Assembly: GCA_965209155.1 (NCBI GenBank)
Contig: OZ242383.1
Span: forward strand, 2,784,001 to 2,848,000
From: a bacterium
GTDB lineage: Bacteria > SAR324 > NAC60-12
Length of the DNA: 64,000 nucleotides
Direction of reading: 5' to 3'
Shown: positions 1-11,318 of the stretch, in pieces
How positions within the stretch are numbered: position 1 is the stretch's first letter
Layout of the letters: every line of letters starts with the position of its first letter
The notes under the pieces: model-generated
The model's input: only the letters and a program-made list of their open reading frames with translations
Told to the model about the DNA's origin: nothing
Databases searched by the model: none
Translations under genes and position numbers: made by a program

Positions 1-2
1 TC

Positions 3-617
3 GGCAGTCAGGTGAAAGAAAATATGTTTTGGGGCCTGGTCAGCGGGTGTGGCATCTGGACAGCCTACGAGGCGGTGACTTACTGGATGTTTGCAAACGG
101 CTATGTCCTCTTCCCCGTCTCCTGGTTGGAATCCCCGCTCTACATTGTTATTTTGTTCCTGCTTATTCCCCATATCCGCGCCCATCACTTCTACTTTGCC
201 CATCGCCTCACGCATTGGAAACCGCTATACGATTCTGCGCACTATTTGCATCATAAAAACGTCAATACAGGTCCGTGGTCGGGTTTTTCGATGCATCCGG
301 TCGAGCACTTGATTTACTTATCCGCAGTCATCCTCTTCTGGATCATTCCTTCTCACCCGATCCTTGTTTGCTACATCATGATGCATGGGGCGATTGCCCC
401 TACGTGGAATCACAGCGGGTATGAAAAGATCAAGGTCAATCGTTCCGTGATCAAAACCGAGTTTTTTCACTACCTGCACCATCGTTACTTCGAATGCAAC
501 TATGGGAACCCTTCGGTCCCCTGGGATCGCCTGTTTGGAACTTTCCATGACGGGTCCGGTGAAGCTCACCAAGAGATGATCGATCGCCTCAGGAGGACGG
601 CCACAACCCGAAAATAA
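3..617 (+). CDS. Sterol desaturase / fatty acid hydroxylase family protein (probably 5'-truncated by window)
   Basis: His boxes HFYFAHRLTH, HYLHH, HYLHH and the CNYG...WDRLFGT tail; frame is open to the window start. Confidence 0.85.
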   Translation, partial: GSQVKENMFWGLVSGCGIWTAYEAVTYWMFANGYVLFPVSWLESPLYIVILFLLIPHIRAHHFYFAHRLTHWKPLYDSAHYLHHKNVNTGPWSGFSMHPVEHLIYLSAVILFWIIPSHPILVCYIMMHGAIAPTWNHSGYEKIKVNRSVIKTEFFHYLHHRYFECNYGNPSVPWDRLFGTFHDGSGEAHQEMIDRLRRTATTRK

Positions 618-690
618 AACAGGGGATCGATGGTGCTTTTTGAGGGAAAATTTCGCAAGGTATCGGCAAGACGCTACAGACAGAATTTTT

Positions 691-1689
691 ATGCAATTCA
701 TTGGACTGGGAATTGATACCACTTTTGATGACACCTCCATTGCCATTCTGCAGGGAAAGTCGCAGGTTTTGGCAAATCTCACGCTATCTCAATACAAAGA
801 TCATGAAGAATTTGGAGGAGTTGTTCCTGAACGCGCTTCTCGAAAACACATGGAAGCGATCAATCCCCTGATTGAATTTGCTTTAAAGCAAGCGCGCATC
901 GAGTTTCGAGATTTGAATTACATTGCCGTTTCCAATTTACCCGGATTGTTGGGTTCTCTCCTGGTGGGAGTGAGCGTGGCAAAAACACTGTCTTACGCGC
1001 TCGATATTCCCCTGATCGGAGTCAATCATGTTGAAGCCCATCCTTATGCGAATTTTTTATGTTATGAGAAGATAACCTTCCCCATCATCCATTTGGTAGC
1101 GGCCGGAGGGCATACTCTTCTCTTCCACGCCCGTGATCATTTCGACTATGATATTATCGGTCGCAGTTTGGATGATGCCGCAGGCGAGTGCGTAGACAAA
1201 GTAGCGAAGCTGTTTGGGCACCCGATGCCAGGGGGACCGATTGTGGACCAATGCGCCCTTCAGTCACCCCCTGATCGGTACGATTTCCCGCGTCCCGTAT
1301 TAAACCAGGCTCACTACGATTTTTCTTTCAGCGGACTGAAAACCGCCATGTTGCTTTTCCGTGAAGCTCATCCAGAAGCCCTGAGAGATGAAGGCGGTGT
1401 GCTATCCAGTTTTTTTCAAAGCATTGTGGACGTATTGTTGTTCAAGACTTTCAAAGCCACGCAGGATTTGCAAGTTCCTCGGGTTTCCGTATCGGGAGGA
1501 CTGGCGGCCAGCAGGAAACTGAGACTTTGTTTTGAATCACAATGTCGTGAAAAAGGGATCGAACTGTTTTATCCCCCTCCCCGCTTGTGTACCGATAATG
1601 CTGCAATGATCACTTGCCTCGCATCCTACAAATTCGAAGCGGGTTTGATTGACGACTTGGGTCTCGGAGTCTTTGCCAATTTGAGTTGA
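691..1689 (+). CDS. tsaD: tRNA N6-threonylcarbamoyltransferase TsaD
   Basis: GGVVPERASRKH, GVNHVEAH, DDAAGE..DKVAK, FSFSGLKTA, CTDNAAMI; ATG at 691 chosen as start. Confidence 0.93.
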   Translation: MQFIGLGIDTTFDDTSIAILQGKSQVLANLTLSQYKDHEEFGGVVPERASRKHMEAINPLIEFALKQARIEFRDLNYIAVSNLPGLLGSLLVGVSVAKTLSYALDIPLIGVNHVEAHPYANFLCYEKITFPIIHLVAAGGHTLLFHARDHFDYDIIGRSLDDAAGECVDKVAKLFGHPMPGGPIVDQCALQSPPDRYDFPRPVLNQAHYDFSFSGLKTAMLLFREAHPEALRDEGGVLSSFFQSIVDVLLFKTFKATQDLQVPRVSVSGGLAASRKLRLCFESQCREKGIELFYPPPRLCTDNAAMITCLASYKFEAGLIDDLGLGVFANLS

Positions 1690-1717
1690 GGGTGTAACCC
1701 CGAAAACCATTTCTCCT

Positions 1718-2650
1718 TCAATGAATCACCACCTGTGCCGCTTCTCTCAATTTTGATAAATACGTTTGAAAATCTGCCTCTCGTTTTTGCAGGAAGATCT
1801 GGTTTTGATATTGAATATTTTCAGTCTCGGTTAGATTCGCGCAGTCGATTTCTTCGTTATATTCGACATCCTGGAGGAAGAGAAGATGGTAACCAATCTC
1901 TGTCTTGACGAGTTTGCTGAGTTCCCTGGGTTTCAGAGAAAAGGCAACGTTGTCGATTTCCGGTAGCAATTCTCCTTTTTTAAAGGAACCAATGATTCCC
2001 GCCGTTTCCCGTACGTTGGGGTCGTCCGAATAAGTTTCAGCCAAGGTCGCAAAATCCTCACCATCGCTCAATGCTTTTTTAATCAATGCTTCTTTACTGC
2101 GCGCTTCTTCTTCCGTACCTCGGAATAAGATTTGGGCGATTACCAATTGTTTACTCTCTTCTCTGTTTTGCATACACAGCATTTCTTTTTCCTGGTCCGT
2201 CACATGGATATTCACTTCGATTTCCTGGATAATCACTTTTTGCTTGAGAATTTCCCTGGCAATCAATTCTTTCAAGACTTGTGGAGCGTAATTCTTGATA
2301 ATTTGTGGATTTTCCCGGGTCAGACGGTTGATTTGTTGTTCGATTTCATCGTCACTCACTTCAATATTCAGAACTTTGGCCTGATCCAAGATCAATAATT
2401 CATAGATTAAATTGTCGATGGTCGTTTTTTCCAATTGGGACAGTTGCTGTTCACGGTCCGGACCTTCAGGAATATTTTGTATAATTTGGGATCGGTTGGC
2501 CGCAAGAGCTTCCTGGACTTCATTATTTGTCAGGATTTCATCGTTCACAATGATTTTAATAAAATCGAGAACGAGGGTTTCTGTCCATGCCTGATTAATA
2601 CCGAACAAAATGAGAGGAATGCAGAGTAGAATAGTCAGTTTTTTTTTCAT
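1718..2650 (-). CDS. SurA-like periplasmic peptidyl-prolyl isomerase
   Basis: Signal peptide, SurA N-domain-like VNDEILT, parvulin motif F..LA..YSDD...G..G and GYHL. Confidence 0.8.
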   Translation of the reverse strand: MKKKLTILLCIPLILFGINQAWTETLVLDFIKIIVNDEILTNNEVQEALAANRSQIIQNIPEGPDREQQLSQLEKTTIDNLIYELLILDQAKVLNIEVSDDEIEQQINRLTRENPQIIKNYAPQVLKELIAREILKQKVIIQEIEVNIHVTDQEKEMLCMQNREESKQLVIAQILFRGTEEEARSKEALIKKALSDGEDFATLAETYSDDPNVRETAGIIGSFKKGELLPEIDNVAFSLKPRELSKLVKTEIGYHLLFLQDVEYNEEIDCANLTETENIQYQNQIFLQKREADFQTYLSKLREAAQVVIH

Positions 2651-2656
2651 GGATTG

Positions 2657-3484
2657 CTATTTCGTGTAGTCGTATTCGAGGGTTGTGAAAGGAGTCTCGG
2701 ACATTTGCCTGGCTTTCAGGTGTAATAGTTCCCACGGCAGTTGTTCCGGACGATTGAATGACTGAACAAGCACGCGTTTGAATAAGCGATCGTCCAGAAA
2801 ATAATCGGTTTGCGCGGGATATTCCAGTTTTTCGTAAGTTGTCATTTTTTCAAAAGCAATACGGATCAAGTGTTCTTTTTCACCATTTTGAATCGGGTAA
2901 TGGAGCGCTTTCAAGAAAAATCGTTGTTTGTCTACCAGCGCAAAGTGATTGCTCTGCAACTCCCCGATGCGATAGTGGATATTTAAATCCGGATCTCTAT
3001 AGAGAGAAATCTGACTGCCTTCTATATAGACTTCTTGCAAGGCTTTTTGCCATGCTTCCGCATGTTTTACAACGAAGCGGAGATAATGGGGAAGAATATC
3101 CATTTTTAAAAAATCGCGATTGGATTGAACATTGACATCGACGATGGCTCCATTGGAATCATAAAAAAAATGCAATAAATCACCCCCATGATCCCGTGTT
3201 TCCACGACTACCATGCCTTCCTCCCAGTATATGGTCTGCTCATACCCCAATTCTGTCAAAGCTGGGGGTTGTGGAGAAAGTGTGTCTGACTGGACAAAAG
3301 GATCAAACACTTGCGCAGTCGTGGTGAAAATGACCCGGTCCCACATTCGGGTGTTTTGTTCAATGTAATACCAGAGATCATTCCAATCGAGTTGATATGC
3401 CTTTCCGGGCATTTGCCAGGATACGACAACCAACAAGCACAAGAAAATTTTCAATTTCGGATGAACTTTTTTTTGCATTCTCAT
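2657..3484 (-). CDS. Hypothetical exported protein
   Basis: Long ORF with signal-like N-terminus, ending 6 bp before the PPIase start; start uncertain. Confidence 0.6.
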   Translation of the reverse strand: MRMQKKVHPKLKIFLCLLVVVSWQMPGKAYQLDWNDLWYYIEQNTRMWDRVIFTTTAQVFDPFVQSDTLSPQPPALTELGYEQTIYWEEGMVVVETRDHGGDLLHFFYDSNGAIVDVNVQSNRDFLKMDILPHYLRFVVKHAEAWQKALQEVYIEGSQISLYRDPDLNIHYRIGELQSNHFALVDKQRFFLKALHYPIQNGEKEHLIRIAFEKMTTYEKLEYPAQTDYFLDDRLFKRVLVQSFNRPEQLPWELLHLKARQMSETPFTTLEYDYTK

Positions 3485-3929
3485 CTTGGCATTCACGAAG
3501 AATTCGGAAATGGAGCAATTTACCATCACTACCATTTTCTTGTGAAGGCACATACTTTAATAAAAATACTGCAATTGAAGTTGGATGCGAACCTCGAGGA
3601 GGCACTCATTTCGTCCCTGATTACTCTGAGAATGCTCTCACTGAACTTGCCATTTTATAAAAAAATATCACAGATTCATCAAAATTACATACAACAATGC
3701 GATCACATCCATTTAAATATTCAGGCAGGGCAAGCACTTTCGTCTTTTCAGCGGATTTAAAATGATGAACCCTTTCTCCTTTACAAAAATTTATAAAGTC
3801 AATGAAGGGATGAATGGACGAAAATATTTCGACATTTTCATCTATACATACGATATTGGTCATCTCACTTCTCTGTAAATCTATTTTCAAAAGTGAGCAG
3901 TCTTATTCTCATAAAAAACTGGAGACGTG

Positions 3930-5093
3930 ATGGGAGAAACGCTATTTACTTCAGAAAGTGTGACTGAGGGACATCCTGATAAATTATGCGATACGATTTC
4001 GGATACGATTCTCGACGCCATGTTGGCACAGGATCCCGGCAGCCGTGTTGCCTGTGAAACGCTGGTGACAACGGGCACGGTGATGATTGCCGGCGAGATC
4101 ACCACAAAGGCTCATGTAGATTTACAACAGGTTGTACGTTCGGCGATTCGAGAAATTGGCTACACCGATTCAAAGATAGGATTTGACAGCGCAACTTGCG
4201 CAGTATTGGTAGCATTGGACAAACAGTCGCCGGACATCGACCAGGGAGTCAGTGAAAATGAGTCCGCAGGAAAGGAACAAGGTGCCGGAGACCAAGGCTT
4301 GATGTTTGGATTCGCCTGTGATGAAACTCCTGAATTGATGCCGCTGCCCATTGCCCTGGCTCATCGATTGACTGAAGAACTGACGTCTCTCCGAAAAAAT
4401 AAAATCCTTCCCTATCTTCGCCCGGACGGAAAATCGCAGGTAACAGTGCGTTATTTGAATGGAAAGCCAATTGAAGTGTCCACCGTCGTCATCAGCACGC
4501 AACATGCGGAGGATATCGACCAGGAAACCATTCGACGGGATATGATTGGAGAGCTTATCAACAAGGTGATACCTTCCCACTTTTTAACTCCCCGGACGAT
4601 CTATTACATCAATCCCACGGGAAAATTCGTCATAGGTGGTCCTCAGGGAGATGCGGGATTGACCGGACGTAAGATCATCGTTGACACGTATGGCGGGATG
4701 GGACGGCATGGTGGAGGAGCTTTTTCCGGAAAAGATCCATCGAAAGTTGATCGTTCGGCTGCCTATGCCGCCCGCCACGTTGCTAAAAATGTTGTTGCCG
4801 CAGGATTGGCAAGTCGATGTGAAGTTCAATTGGCTTATGCCATAGGTATCACGGACCCGGTTTCGGTGTCCGTGGAAACTTTCGGTACCCATCGCACCTC
4901 GGAGGAAAAAATTTCTCAGCTGATTCGAGACAATTTTAACTTGAAGCCCCGCGAGATCATCGAGAATTTAAAACTACTGAGACCGATTTATAGAAAGACG
5001 GCAGCTTATGGTCATTTTGGTCGGGAATTGCCTGAATTTACCTGGGAACAAACAGATAAAGCGCAGCAGCTGAGAAAACAGGCCGGACTTTGA
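3930..5093 (+). CDS. metK: S-adenosylmethionine synthetase
   Basis: [35 protein letters not shown]. Confidence 0.98.
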   Translation: MGETLFTSESVTEGHPDKLCDTISDTILDAMLAQDPGSRVACETLVTTGTVMIAGEITTKAHVDLQQVVRSAIREIGYTDSKIGFDSATCAVLVALDKQSPDIDQGVSENESAGKEQGAGDQGLMFGFACDETPELMPLPIALAHRLTEELTSLRKNKILPYLRPDGKSQVTVRYLNGKPIEVSTVVISTQHAEDIDQETIRRDMIGELINKVIPSHFLTPRTIYYINPTGKFVIGGPQGDAGLTGRKIIVDTYGGMGRHGGGAFSGKDPSKVDRSAAYAARHVAKNVVAAGLASRCEVQLAYAIGITDPVSVSVETFGTHRTSEEKISQLIRDNFNLKPREIIENLKLLRPIYRKTAAYGHFGRELPEFTWEQTDKAQQLRKQAGL

Positions 5094-5176
5094 TTTCCGT
5101 GTTGGAAAATTATCACGCAGATCGGTCTGAAATTAACAAGCAGCGTTGTTTGTTGTCGAAAAAAATAAACTGCCTG

Positions 5177-5446
5177 ATGGTTACCGAAACCACCACAATC
5201 GTCAATCGTCTGGGTCTGCATGCAAGAGCAGCCGCGCTTCTCGTCAAACTCTGCAACACTTTTAAATCTGAAATCCACATGCAGCATGGCGGTAACTCGG
5301 CCAATACAAAAAATATCATGGAGGTTTTAATGCTGGCGGCAACACGCGGAACAATGCTCAGCGTCTCCGCGGAAGGAGAAGACGAAACACAAGCCATGGC
5401 TGCTGTCCTGGAATTGATTGCGAACAAATTCGATGAAGTAGAATGA
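5177..5446 (+). CDS. ptsH: HPr family phosphocarrier protein
   Basis: IVNRLGLHARAAA motif; 89 aa from ATG 5177. Confidence 0.9.
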   Translation: MVTETTTIVNRLGLHARAAALLVKLCNTFKSEIHMQHGGNSANTKNIMEVLMLAATRGTMLSVSAEGEDETQAMAAVLELIANKFDEVE

Positions 5447-6294
5447 CTTTAACACCCTATATTACAGGGAGAACCAGGGTGTACGGGATACTTGGTTTCC
5501 CCATTTCTCACACATTTTCACCTCCTCTTCAAAACTCGGCATTCCAGGCGACTCGAATTGATGCTGCTTATCTTCCCTTTGAAGTCAAGCCTGAAGCATT
5601 GTCGGCGGCAATCGAGGGAATCCGTGGTTTACAAATGGGTGGGGTGAATGTCACCATTCCCTACAAAGTCGAGGTACTGCCTTTTCTTGATAAAATAACG
5701 CCGATTGCGCGTATGATTGGCGCCGTCAACACCATCCGCAACGATGAAGGGTGCCTGATTGGCACTAACACCGATGGTCGTGGATTTGTTCGCTCCCTTT
5801 CCCGGTTGCCCTTTGCGCCGGAAAATCAAACTATTTTGATTCTGGGAGCAGGGGGATCGGCTCGCTCCATATTGGTGGCATTGGCAGAAGCCAGGGCGAA
5901 TCGTATTTTTCTCGTCAACCGAACACCAGAAAAAGCTCAACAGCTTGCTGAAGAATTTTCTCCATATTTTCCGGGAACGGAAATGCGAGGGGAGTCTTTG
6001 GCGAATCTTGTCCATCTTCCTGTTGATTTGCTGATCAACACCACCAGTGTGGGCATGGAAGACTATGAAACTCCAGTCGACCTGGCCCAATTCCGAACTC
6101 TGAGACGCGTCGCCGATATCATTTATAATCCTCGACAAACCATGTTGCTAAAACAAGCGGAACAGCTTAAAATCCCATTCATCAATGGAATCGGAATGCT
6201 CCTCCACCAAGGATGCGAAGCATTTGAATTCTGGATGAATCAAGAGGCCCCCGTGGCTTCCATGGAAAAACAACTTTTGTCTATGTTGCGTTAA
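5443..6294 (+). CDS. aroE: Shikimate dehydrogenase
   Basis: G.NVTIPYK, IGAVNT, NTDG.GF, LGAGGSAR, DIIYNP. Confidence 0.95.
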   Translation: MTLTPYITGRTRVYGILGFPISHTFSPPLQNSAFQATRIDAAYLPFEVKPEALSAAIEGIRGLQMGGVNVTIPYKVEVLPFLDKITPIARMIGAVNTIRNDEGCLIGTNTDGRGFVRSLSRLPFAPENQTILILGAGGSARSILVALAEARANRIFLVNRTPEKAQQLAEEFSPYFPGTEMRGESLANLVHLPVDLLINTTSVGMEDYETPVDLAQFRTLRRVADIIYNPRQTMLLKQAEQLKIPFINGIGMLLHQGCEAFEFWMNQEAPVASMEKQLLSMLR

Positions 6295-6339
6295 GGGGTC
6301 AATCCTGCACCTCGTTTTTTTACGTTCTGAATTAAAAAC

Positions 6340-7758
6340 ATGTCTTCCGTCTTTTTTGAAGTTGAAGTTGCATCAGAAAACACGAATTTAAAAGAATCGG
6401 AATCCGTTCCCTCCGTCTCTATGGTCTGGACCGTGTCGCAACTAACGCGGCATATCCGTCTCAGTTTGGAAAAACAATTCCGGTCCCTGTTGCTCGAAGG
6501 AGAGCTTTCCAATTTCAAACGTTCAGCGCAAGGTCACCTTTATTTCCAGATCAAGGACTCTCGGAGTCAAATCCGCGGGATCATGTTTCGACAGTCAACC
6601 ACTTCGTTGAGATTTGAACCTACGGATGGTCTTGAAGTCGTGGTTCAAGGGCACATCACGGTCTATGAACCAAGAGGAGAATACCAGATTCAGGTCTCTT
6701 CCATGGAACCCAAAGGATTGGGTTCTTTGCAACTTGCTTTTGAACAGTTGAAGGAAAAACTGGAAAGGGAGGGATTGTTTGATTCGAGTCACAAACAAAA
6801 GATCCCTTTTTTTCCAAGGCGAATCGGCATTGTGACCTCTTCAACAGGTGCTGTGATCCATGACATGCTGCAAGTGCTCAAGCGTCGCTGTCCCATAGTG
6901 TCGGTACTTTTCTACCCGGCTGCTGTTCAAGGCGAACAGGCGAAATCTTCATTGGTCGAAGCGATAAACCATTTGAATACGCTTCAGGAATCCCAACAAA
7001 TCGATGTGCTGATCGTCGGTCGCGGGGGTGGGTCCATCGAGGATTTATGGGCCTTCAATGAGGAGGAAGTGGCGCGTGTGATCTTTCATTCGAAAATACC
7101 TGTTATTTCTGCAGTGGGTCATGAAACGGATTTCACAATTGCCGATTTTGTCAGCGATCTTCGGGCTCCCACTCCGTCGGTTGCCATGGAATTGGCTGTT
7201 CCGTCGCTCCAGGATTTGTTAGACGGGTTGTCGGTTCAGCAACAGCGATTGCAACGGGCGATGCAGCAGCAGATTCAACAAAATCTCGATTTCGTCCATG
7301 CCCGAACTCACCAGCTTCGTATCCCCGATTTCATTATTCATCAACACAAACAGCGTCTGGACGAACTTTCCTTGCGACTTCACCATCACATCACCCGCCC
7401 CATTCAAACGCAGGAACAAAACCTCCGGCGATTGCACGAGCAGCTTGTTTTGTTGATTCCTCTCCAGACAGTCCGGTTACAACAATACAATCTGGCGAGA
7501 CTGGAAGAGAGATTGCATTTTCTGCTTGAAAATCAATTTCAGCAAAATCGCGAACGGTTGAATCAACTCATGGCGCTACTTGATTCTTTGAGTCCTCTTA
7601 TGGTCATGAAACGAGGATACGGAGTGCTTTTAAACAACGCCGCGCAATCCATCCATTCTGTTGACTCGATTGAAGTCGGTGAAGCGCTTTCCATCCATTT
7701 ACAAGATGGCATTCTGAACACTATCGTTCAAAATAAAACAAAAAAATCCAGAGAATGA
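6340..7758 (+). CDS. xseA: Exodeoxyribonuclease VII large subunit
   Basis: GHLYFQIKD, RGGGSIEDLWAFNEE, SAVGHETDFTIADFVSDLRAPTPS. Confidence 0.96.
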   Translation: MSSVFFEVEVASENTNLKESESVPSVSMVWTVSQLTRHIRLSLEKQFRSLLLEGELSNFKRSAQGHLYFQIKDSRSQIRGIMFRQSTTSLRFEPTDGLEVVVQGHITVYEPRGEYQIQVSSMEPKGLGSLQLAFEQLKEKLEREGLFDSSHKQKIPFFPRRIGIVTSSTGAVIHDMLQVLKRRCPIVSVLFYPAAVQGEQAKSSLVEAINHLNTLQESQQIDVLIVGRGGGSIEDLWAFNEEEVARVIFHSKIPVISAVGHETDFTIADFVSDLRAPTPSVAMELAVPSLQDLLDGLSVQQQRLQRAMQQQIQQNLDFVHARTHQLRIPDFIIHQHKQRLDELSLRLHHHITRPIQTQEQNLRRLHEQLVLLIPLQTVRLQQYNLARLEERLHFLLENQFQQNRERLNQLMALLDSLSPLMVMKRGYGVLLNNAAQSIHSVDSIEVGEALSIHLQDGILNTIVQNKTKKSRE

Positions 7759-9065
7759 AAAAAGAAACCATCAAGCTATTTGATGTAGGAACTCTTGCTA
7801 ATGGTTCAGCTTTTGAAGTGGATCGACCTGAAACAGATTTTTACTCGCGACGTGGGTTCATTGCGACTTTAGGCAAGGGAACGCTATTCACCACGTTGGG
7901 TATTTTCGGTGCTGGTTCAGGAGCCGCCTTCAAAGGTCTGTTTGGTAGGGGTCTCACACCTGTTGCCTGGGCTGGACTTCCAGAAGACGTTCTTCCCAAA
8001 CCCGATATGCTGGTCCATACGGAGAAGCCTTTTAACGGTGAATTTTCCCCTCATTTGCTCGACGATGATATCACACCCACGGCCAGGCATTTCGTGCGCA
8101 ATAACAGCGGCATCCCGGAACGAGCTCATCGAAAAGAACTAGAGGGATGGAAACTGGTTATCGATGGAGAGGTTCACAGAAAACTTGAAATTTCAATGGA
8201 AGAATTGATTCGTTTTCCGCAATCAACCCTCAAAGTGGTGGTGGAGTGCGCGGGGAATGGCCGGAGTCTGTTCACACCCAAGGTCAGCGGTACGCCGTGG
8301 ATTCGTGGAGCGGTTGCCTGCAGCGAATGGACAGGGGTACGCTTACGGGACGTCTTGAATTTTGCAGGTTTGAAGACGACCGCCATCTATACCGGACACT
8401 ATGGCGAAGACCGGCCGGCCGGCCGGGGCGAGCCTTTTTCACGAGGGATTCCTATCGAAAAAGCCATGGATGCGCATACGCTGGTTGCTTTTAAGATGAA
8501 CGGTAAGGATTTACCGGCAGCACACGGATTTCCCGCAAGGCTAATCGTTCCCGGGTGGGTCGGGAGTTCCATGCAGAAGTGGCTCAACCACATCTGGATC
8601 AGGGATCGAATTCATGACTCGGCAGCAATGAGTGGTTATTCTTATCGCATACCCGTCCATCCGCCTGTCCCGGGAAAAAAGCCTCCGGAAGAAGATATGC
8701 TTATTGCAACTTCACATCGGGTCAAGTCGCTCATTACCACACCTCAATCTAACGTGGAACTCCGGGTCGGGGCCCCAATCAAGGTCAGGGGGCACGCTTG
8801 GGCTGGAGAACAAGCAATCAAAAAAGTCCTTGTTTCTACCGACTTCGGAATCCGGTGGAAAGAAACCCGTTTGACGTCACCAGCGAATAAATATGCCTGG
8901 TATTCCTGGGAAAGCAAACTTCGATTTGCTAACAGAGGCTATTATGAAATCTGGGCACGGGCTTTTGACGATGCCGGAAACGCGCAACCTTTCAGACAAC
9001 CGTGGAATCCCAAAGGATATCTTGGAAACGTCATTCACCGGGTTCCGCTTTTGCTGCGCGCATGA
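7755..9065 (+). CDS. Tat-exported sulfite oxidase family molybdoenzyme (SoxC/SorA-like)
   Basis: SRRGFI twin-arginine motif, ECAGNGRS Mo-ligand Cys, HGFPARLIVPGW, C-terminal dimerisation domain with WNPKGYL. Confidence 0.88.
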   Translation: MKKETIKLFDVGTLANGSAFEVDRPETDFYSRRGFIATLGKGTLFTTLGIFGAGSGAAFKGLFGRGLTPVAWAGLPEDVLPKPDMLVHTEKPFNGEFSPHLLDDDITPTARHFVRNNSGIPERAHRKELEGWKLVIDGEVHRKLEISMEELIRFPQSTLKVVVECAGNGRSLFTPKVSGTPWIRGAVACSEWTGVRLRDVLNFAGLKTTAIYTGHYGEDRPAGRGEPFSRGIPIEKAMDAHTLVAFKMNGKDLPAAHGFPARLIVPGWVGSSMQKWLNHIWIRDRIHDSAAMSGYSYRIPVHPPVPGKKPPEEDMLIATSHRVKSLITTPQSNVELRVGAPIKVRGHAWAGEQAIKKVLVSTDFGIRWKETRLTSPANKYAWYSWESKLRFANRGYYEIWARAFDDAGNAQPFRQPWNPKGYLGNVIHRVPLLLRA

Positions 9066-9143
9066 GTGGGGAGATCTCTTATGCCATTCACGGGAAGTGC
9101 TGTTTAGTGAGCGACAATGATTTTCTGAAAAATCTTGCAAAAA

Positions 9144-9755
9144 TTATTGGAATGAGCTGAGCAAGTTCAACGCTTTCTTGAACTGGTCTTCAAATGATTC
9201 TCCATCAGCCTGTACCTTTCCCAGAACAGCTAACACGTCTTTCTCCGAAAATCCCATATTGATTAATGAAGAAAACAGTTCATTGCCCTGAGCCGATGCT
9301 GCAGCCGGGGCCGCGGTGTGAAATGGACTCTTATCGATTCCTCCGATGGGATGTTTCTGTAATTGATCGCTCATGTCCAGGCATAATTTGGAAGCCGTTT
9401 TTTTACCAATTCCGGGAACAGCACTGAATTGGGAGATATTCTGACTGAAAATTGCCTGAATCAATTGAGCGGGGCGTAGTGCGGAAAGGATGACGATGCC
9501 CAGCTTGGGTCCCACTCCGGAGGTCTTGATGAGCATTTCGAATAATTTTTTTTCTTCGAGGGAAGCAAAGCCATACAGGGTGATCTCGCCTTCACGCACG
9601 TGAGTGTGCACATGGTATTGCCCCCTTTCGTTTTTTACCGCTTCCAAAAGCAGAACCTGAGGCAGGAACAACTGGTAGCCAACTCCAGAAGCAGTTTGCA
9701 GGAGCAGGTAATCCGTTTCGATTGTATGGACGATTCCTTCAAGATAAGCGATCAT
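9144..9755 (-). CDS. ruvA: Holliday junction branch migration protein RuvA
   Basis: MIAYLEG, GVGY, THVRE..LYGF, HhH motifs SGVGPK and PGIGKKTA. Confidence 0.95.
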   Translation of the reverse strand: MIAYLEGIVHTIETDYLLLQTASGVGYQLFLPQVLLLEAVKNERGQYHVHTHVREGEITLYGFASLEEKKLFEMLIKTSGVGPKLGIVILSALRPAQLIQAIFSQNISQFSAVPGIGKKTASKLCLDMSDQLQKHPIGGIDKSPFHTAAPAAASAQGNELFSSLINMGFSEKDVLAVLGKVQADGESFEDQFKKALNLLSSFQ

Positions 9756-10236
9756 TCCGTTTCAAGTGAGGAAGGTAATGAGCATGAGTGATGGCCACGG
9801 CCAATGCATCCGATTCATCGTCGCTCATCCGTGAATGGGGACGATTGACCAAGATGCGTACCATGTGTTGGACTTGTTCTTTGGAGGCACGTCCCACACC
9901 CACGAGAGTTTGTTTGACTTGCAAAGGCGTGTATTCATAAACAGGCAGCTGGTGTCGTGCCAATTGGAGCAAGGCAATCCCCCGGGCATGCCCCAGGATC
10001 AATACGGATTTGACGTTTTTTGCAAAAAAAATTGCTTCGATCGATCCACTATCCGGTCGGAATTTCTGAATAACTTCATCCAGTTGATCGTTGAGAATCA
10101 ACAAGCGCTTTGCCAGGGAAGTGGATTCATTCAAGACGATAACGCCACTGCCCAAGTAACGGTTGCAATTGTTGAGGTTTTCGATGATGCCATACCCGGT
10201 TTTCCGACTTCCAGGGTCAATACCGATAATGATCAT
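9739..10236 (-). CDS. ruvC: Crossover junction endodeoxyribonuclease RuvC
   Basis: IIGIDPGSRKTGYG, LGHARG, EYTPLQVK, DESDALAVA. Confidence 0.96.
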   Translation of the reverse strand: MIIIGIDPGSRKTGYGIIENLNNCNRYLGSGVIVLNESTSLAKRLLILNDQLDEVIQKFRPDSGSIEAIFFAKNVKSVLILGHARGIALLQLARHQLPVYEYTPLQVKQTLVGVGRASKEQVQHMVRILVNRPHSRMSDDESDALAVAITHAHYLPHLKRNDRLS

Positions 10237-10300
10237 GACTGCCAACCAGGTCTGGAATTTCAGTTATTTTTCCTGATCAACGTATGCAAAGTGAAAAAAC

Positions 10301-11056
10301 TCATTGAGACATTTCCGTCAGAATGCGGTCGCTGATATCGAAGTTGGAATAAACTTTCTGTACGTCGTCATGGTCTTCCAACTGGTCCAACAAGCGCATC
10401 ACCTGTCCGGCTTTTTTTAGATCGTCGATTTCAACGCGATTTTGAGGAACCCAGGCGATGTTGGCTTCGGCCATCGTAATATGCTGATCTTCCAGGGCGT
10501 TGCGTACTTCGGCAAAATCCGCAATCGAGGTGATTACTTCAAATTGTTCCGGATGATCGGAATTCATGTCTTCAGCCCCCACCTGCAAAATGACTTCCAT
10601 GAGATTTTCTTCCTCGATAACGGATTTATTGACATAAATCTGGCCGATGTGATCGAACATGTATTGCACCGAATTGGTGGAACCGAGGTTCCCTCCAAGT
10701 TTGCTGAAGGTACTGCGGACAAAGGCGACGGTGCGGTTGCGATTATCCGTCATCGATTCGACGATCAAGGCGACGTTGTGCGGACCATAGCCTTCAAAAA
10801 GAATTTCCTCAAAATGGACGCCGTCCAACTCACCAGTTCCCTTTTTGATGGCGCGCTCAATATTTTCCTTGGGCATACTTTGCGCTTTCGCATTGGTGAT
10901 TGCGGTGCGTAATCTGGGATTGGCTTCGGGGTCACCTCCTCCCATACGGGCAGCGATGGTGACTTCTTTGATCAATTTGGAGAATATTTTCCCGCGTTTG
11001 GCATCTTGTGCTCCTTTACGGTGTTTGATGGTACTCCATTTGCTGTGTCCGGACAT
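10301..11056 (-). CDS. yebC: YebC/PmpR family protein
   Basis: [36 protein letters not shown]. Confidence 0.96.
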   Translation of the reverse strand: MSGHSKWSTIKHRKGAQDAKRGKIFSKLIKEVTIAARMGGGDPEANPRLRTAITNAKAQSMPKENIERAIKKGTGELDGVHFEEILFEGYGPHNVALIVESMTDNRNRTVAFVRSTFSKLGGNLGSTNSVQYMFDHIGQIYVNKSVIEEENLMEVILQVGAEDMNSDHPEQFEVITSIADFAEVRNALEDQHITMAEANIAWVPQNRVEIDDLKKAGQVMRLLDQLEDHDDVQKVYSNFDISDRILTEMSQ

Positions 11057-11318
11057 AAACGACCCCTTAAACAAGAATTGAAAAGCGCAGGAGGTACATG
11101 AACCATGTAGCAGAAAGCCATCATACAATAATTGCAGGCAAAAAATCCATTTTTTAAAATCGTTTCATATGCCGACGAAACAAATCAGCTCATCTGGTTT
11201 TTCTTTTTTACGAAGCCATAGTAGGGTATGATAAGTTCTGAAAAAAAACAGCGCGCATCATTAATATTCTGGAATACAGGATCAGTCCCTGACCACTAAT
11301 TCTGCGGAAAATTTCTTC

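Noticed and set aside
3560..3929. SAM riboswitch before metK, or the small ORF 3621-3890
   Set aside because: AT-rich with no SAM-I/II consensus visible; the ORF has no motif support.
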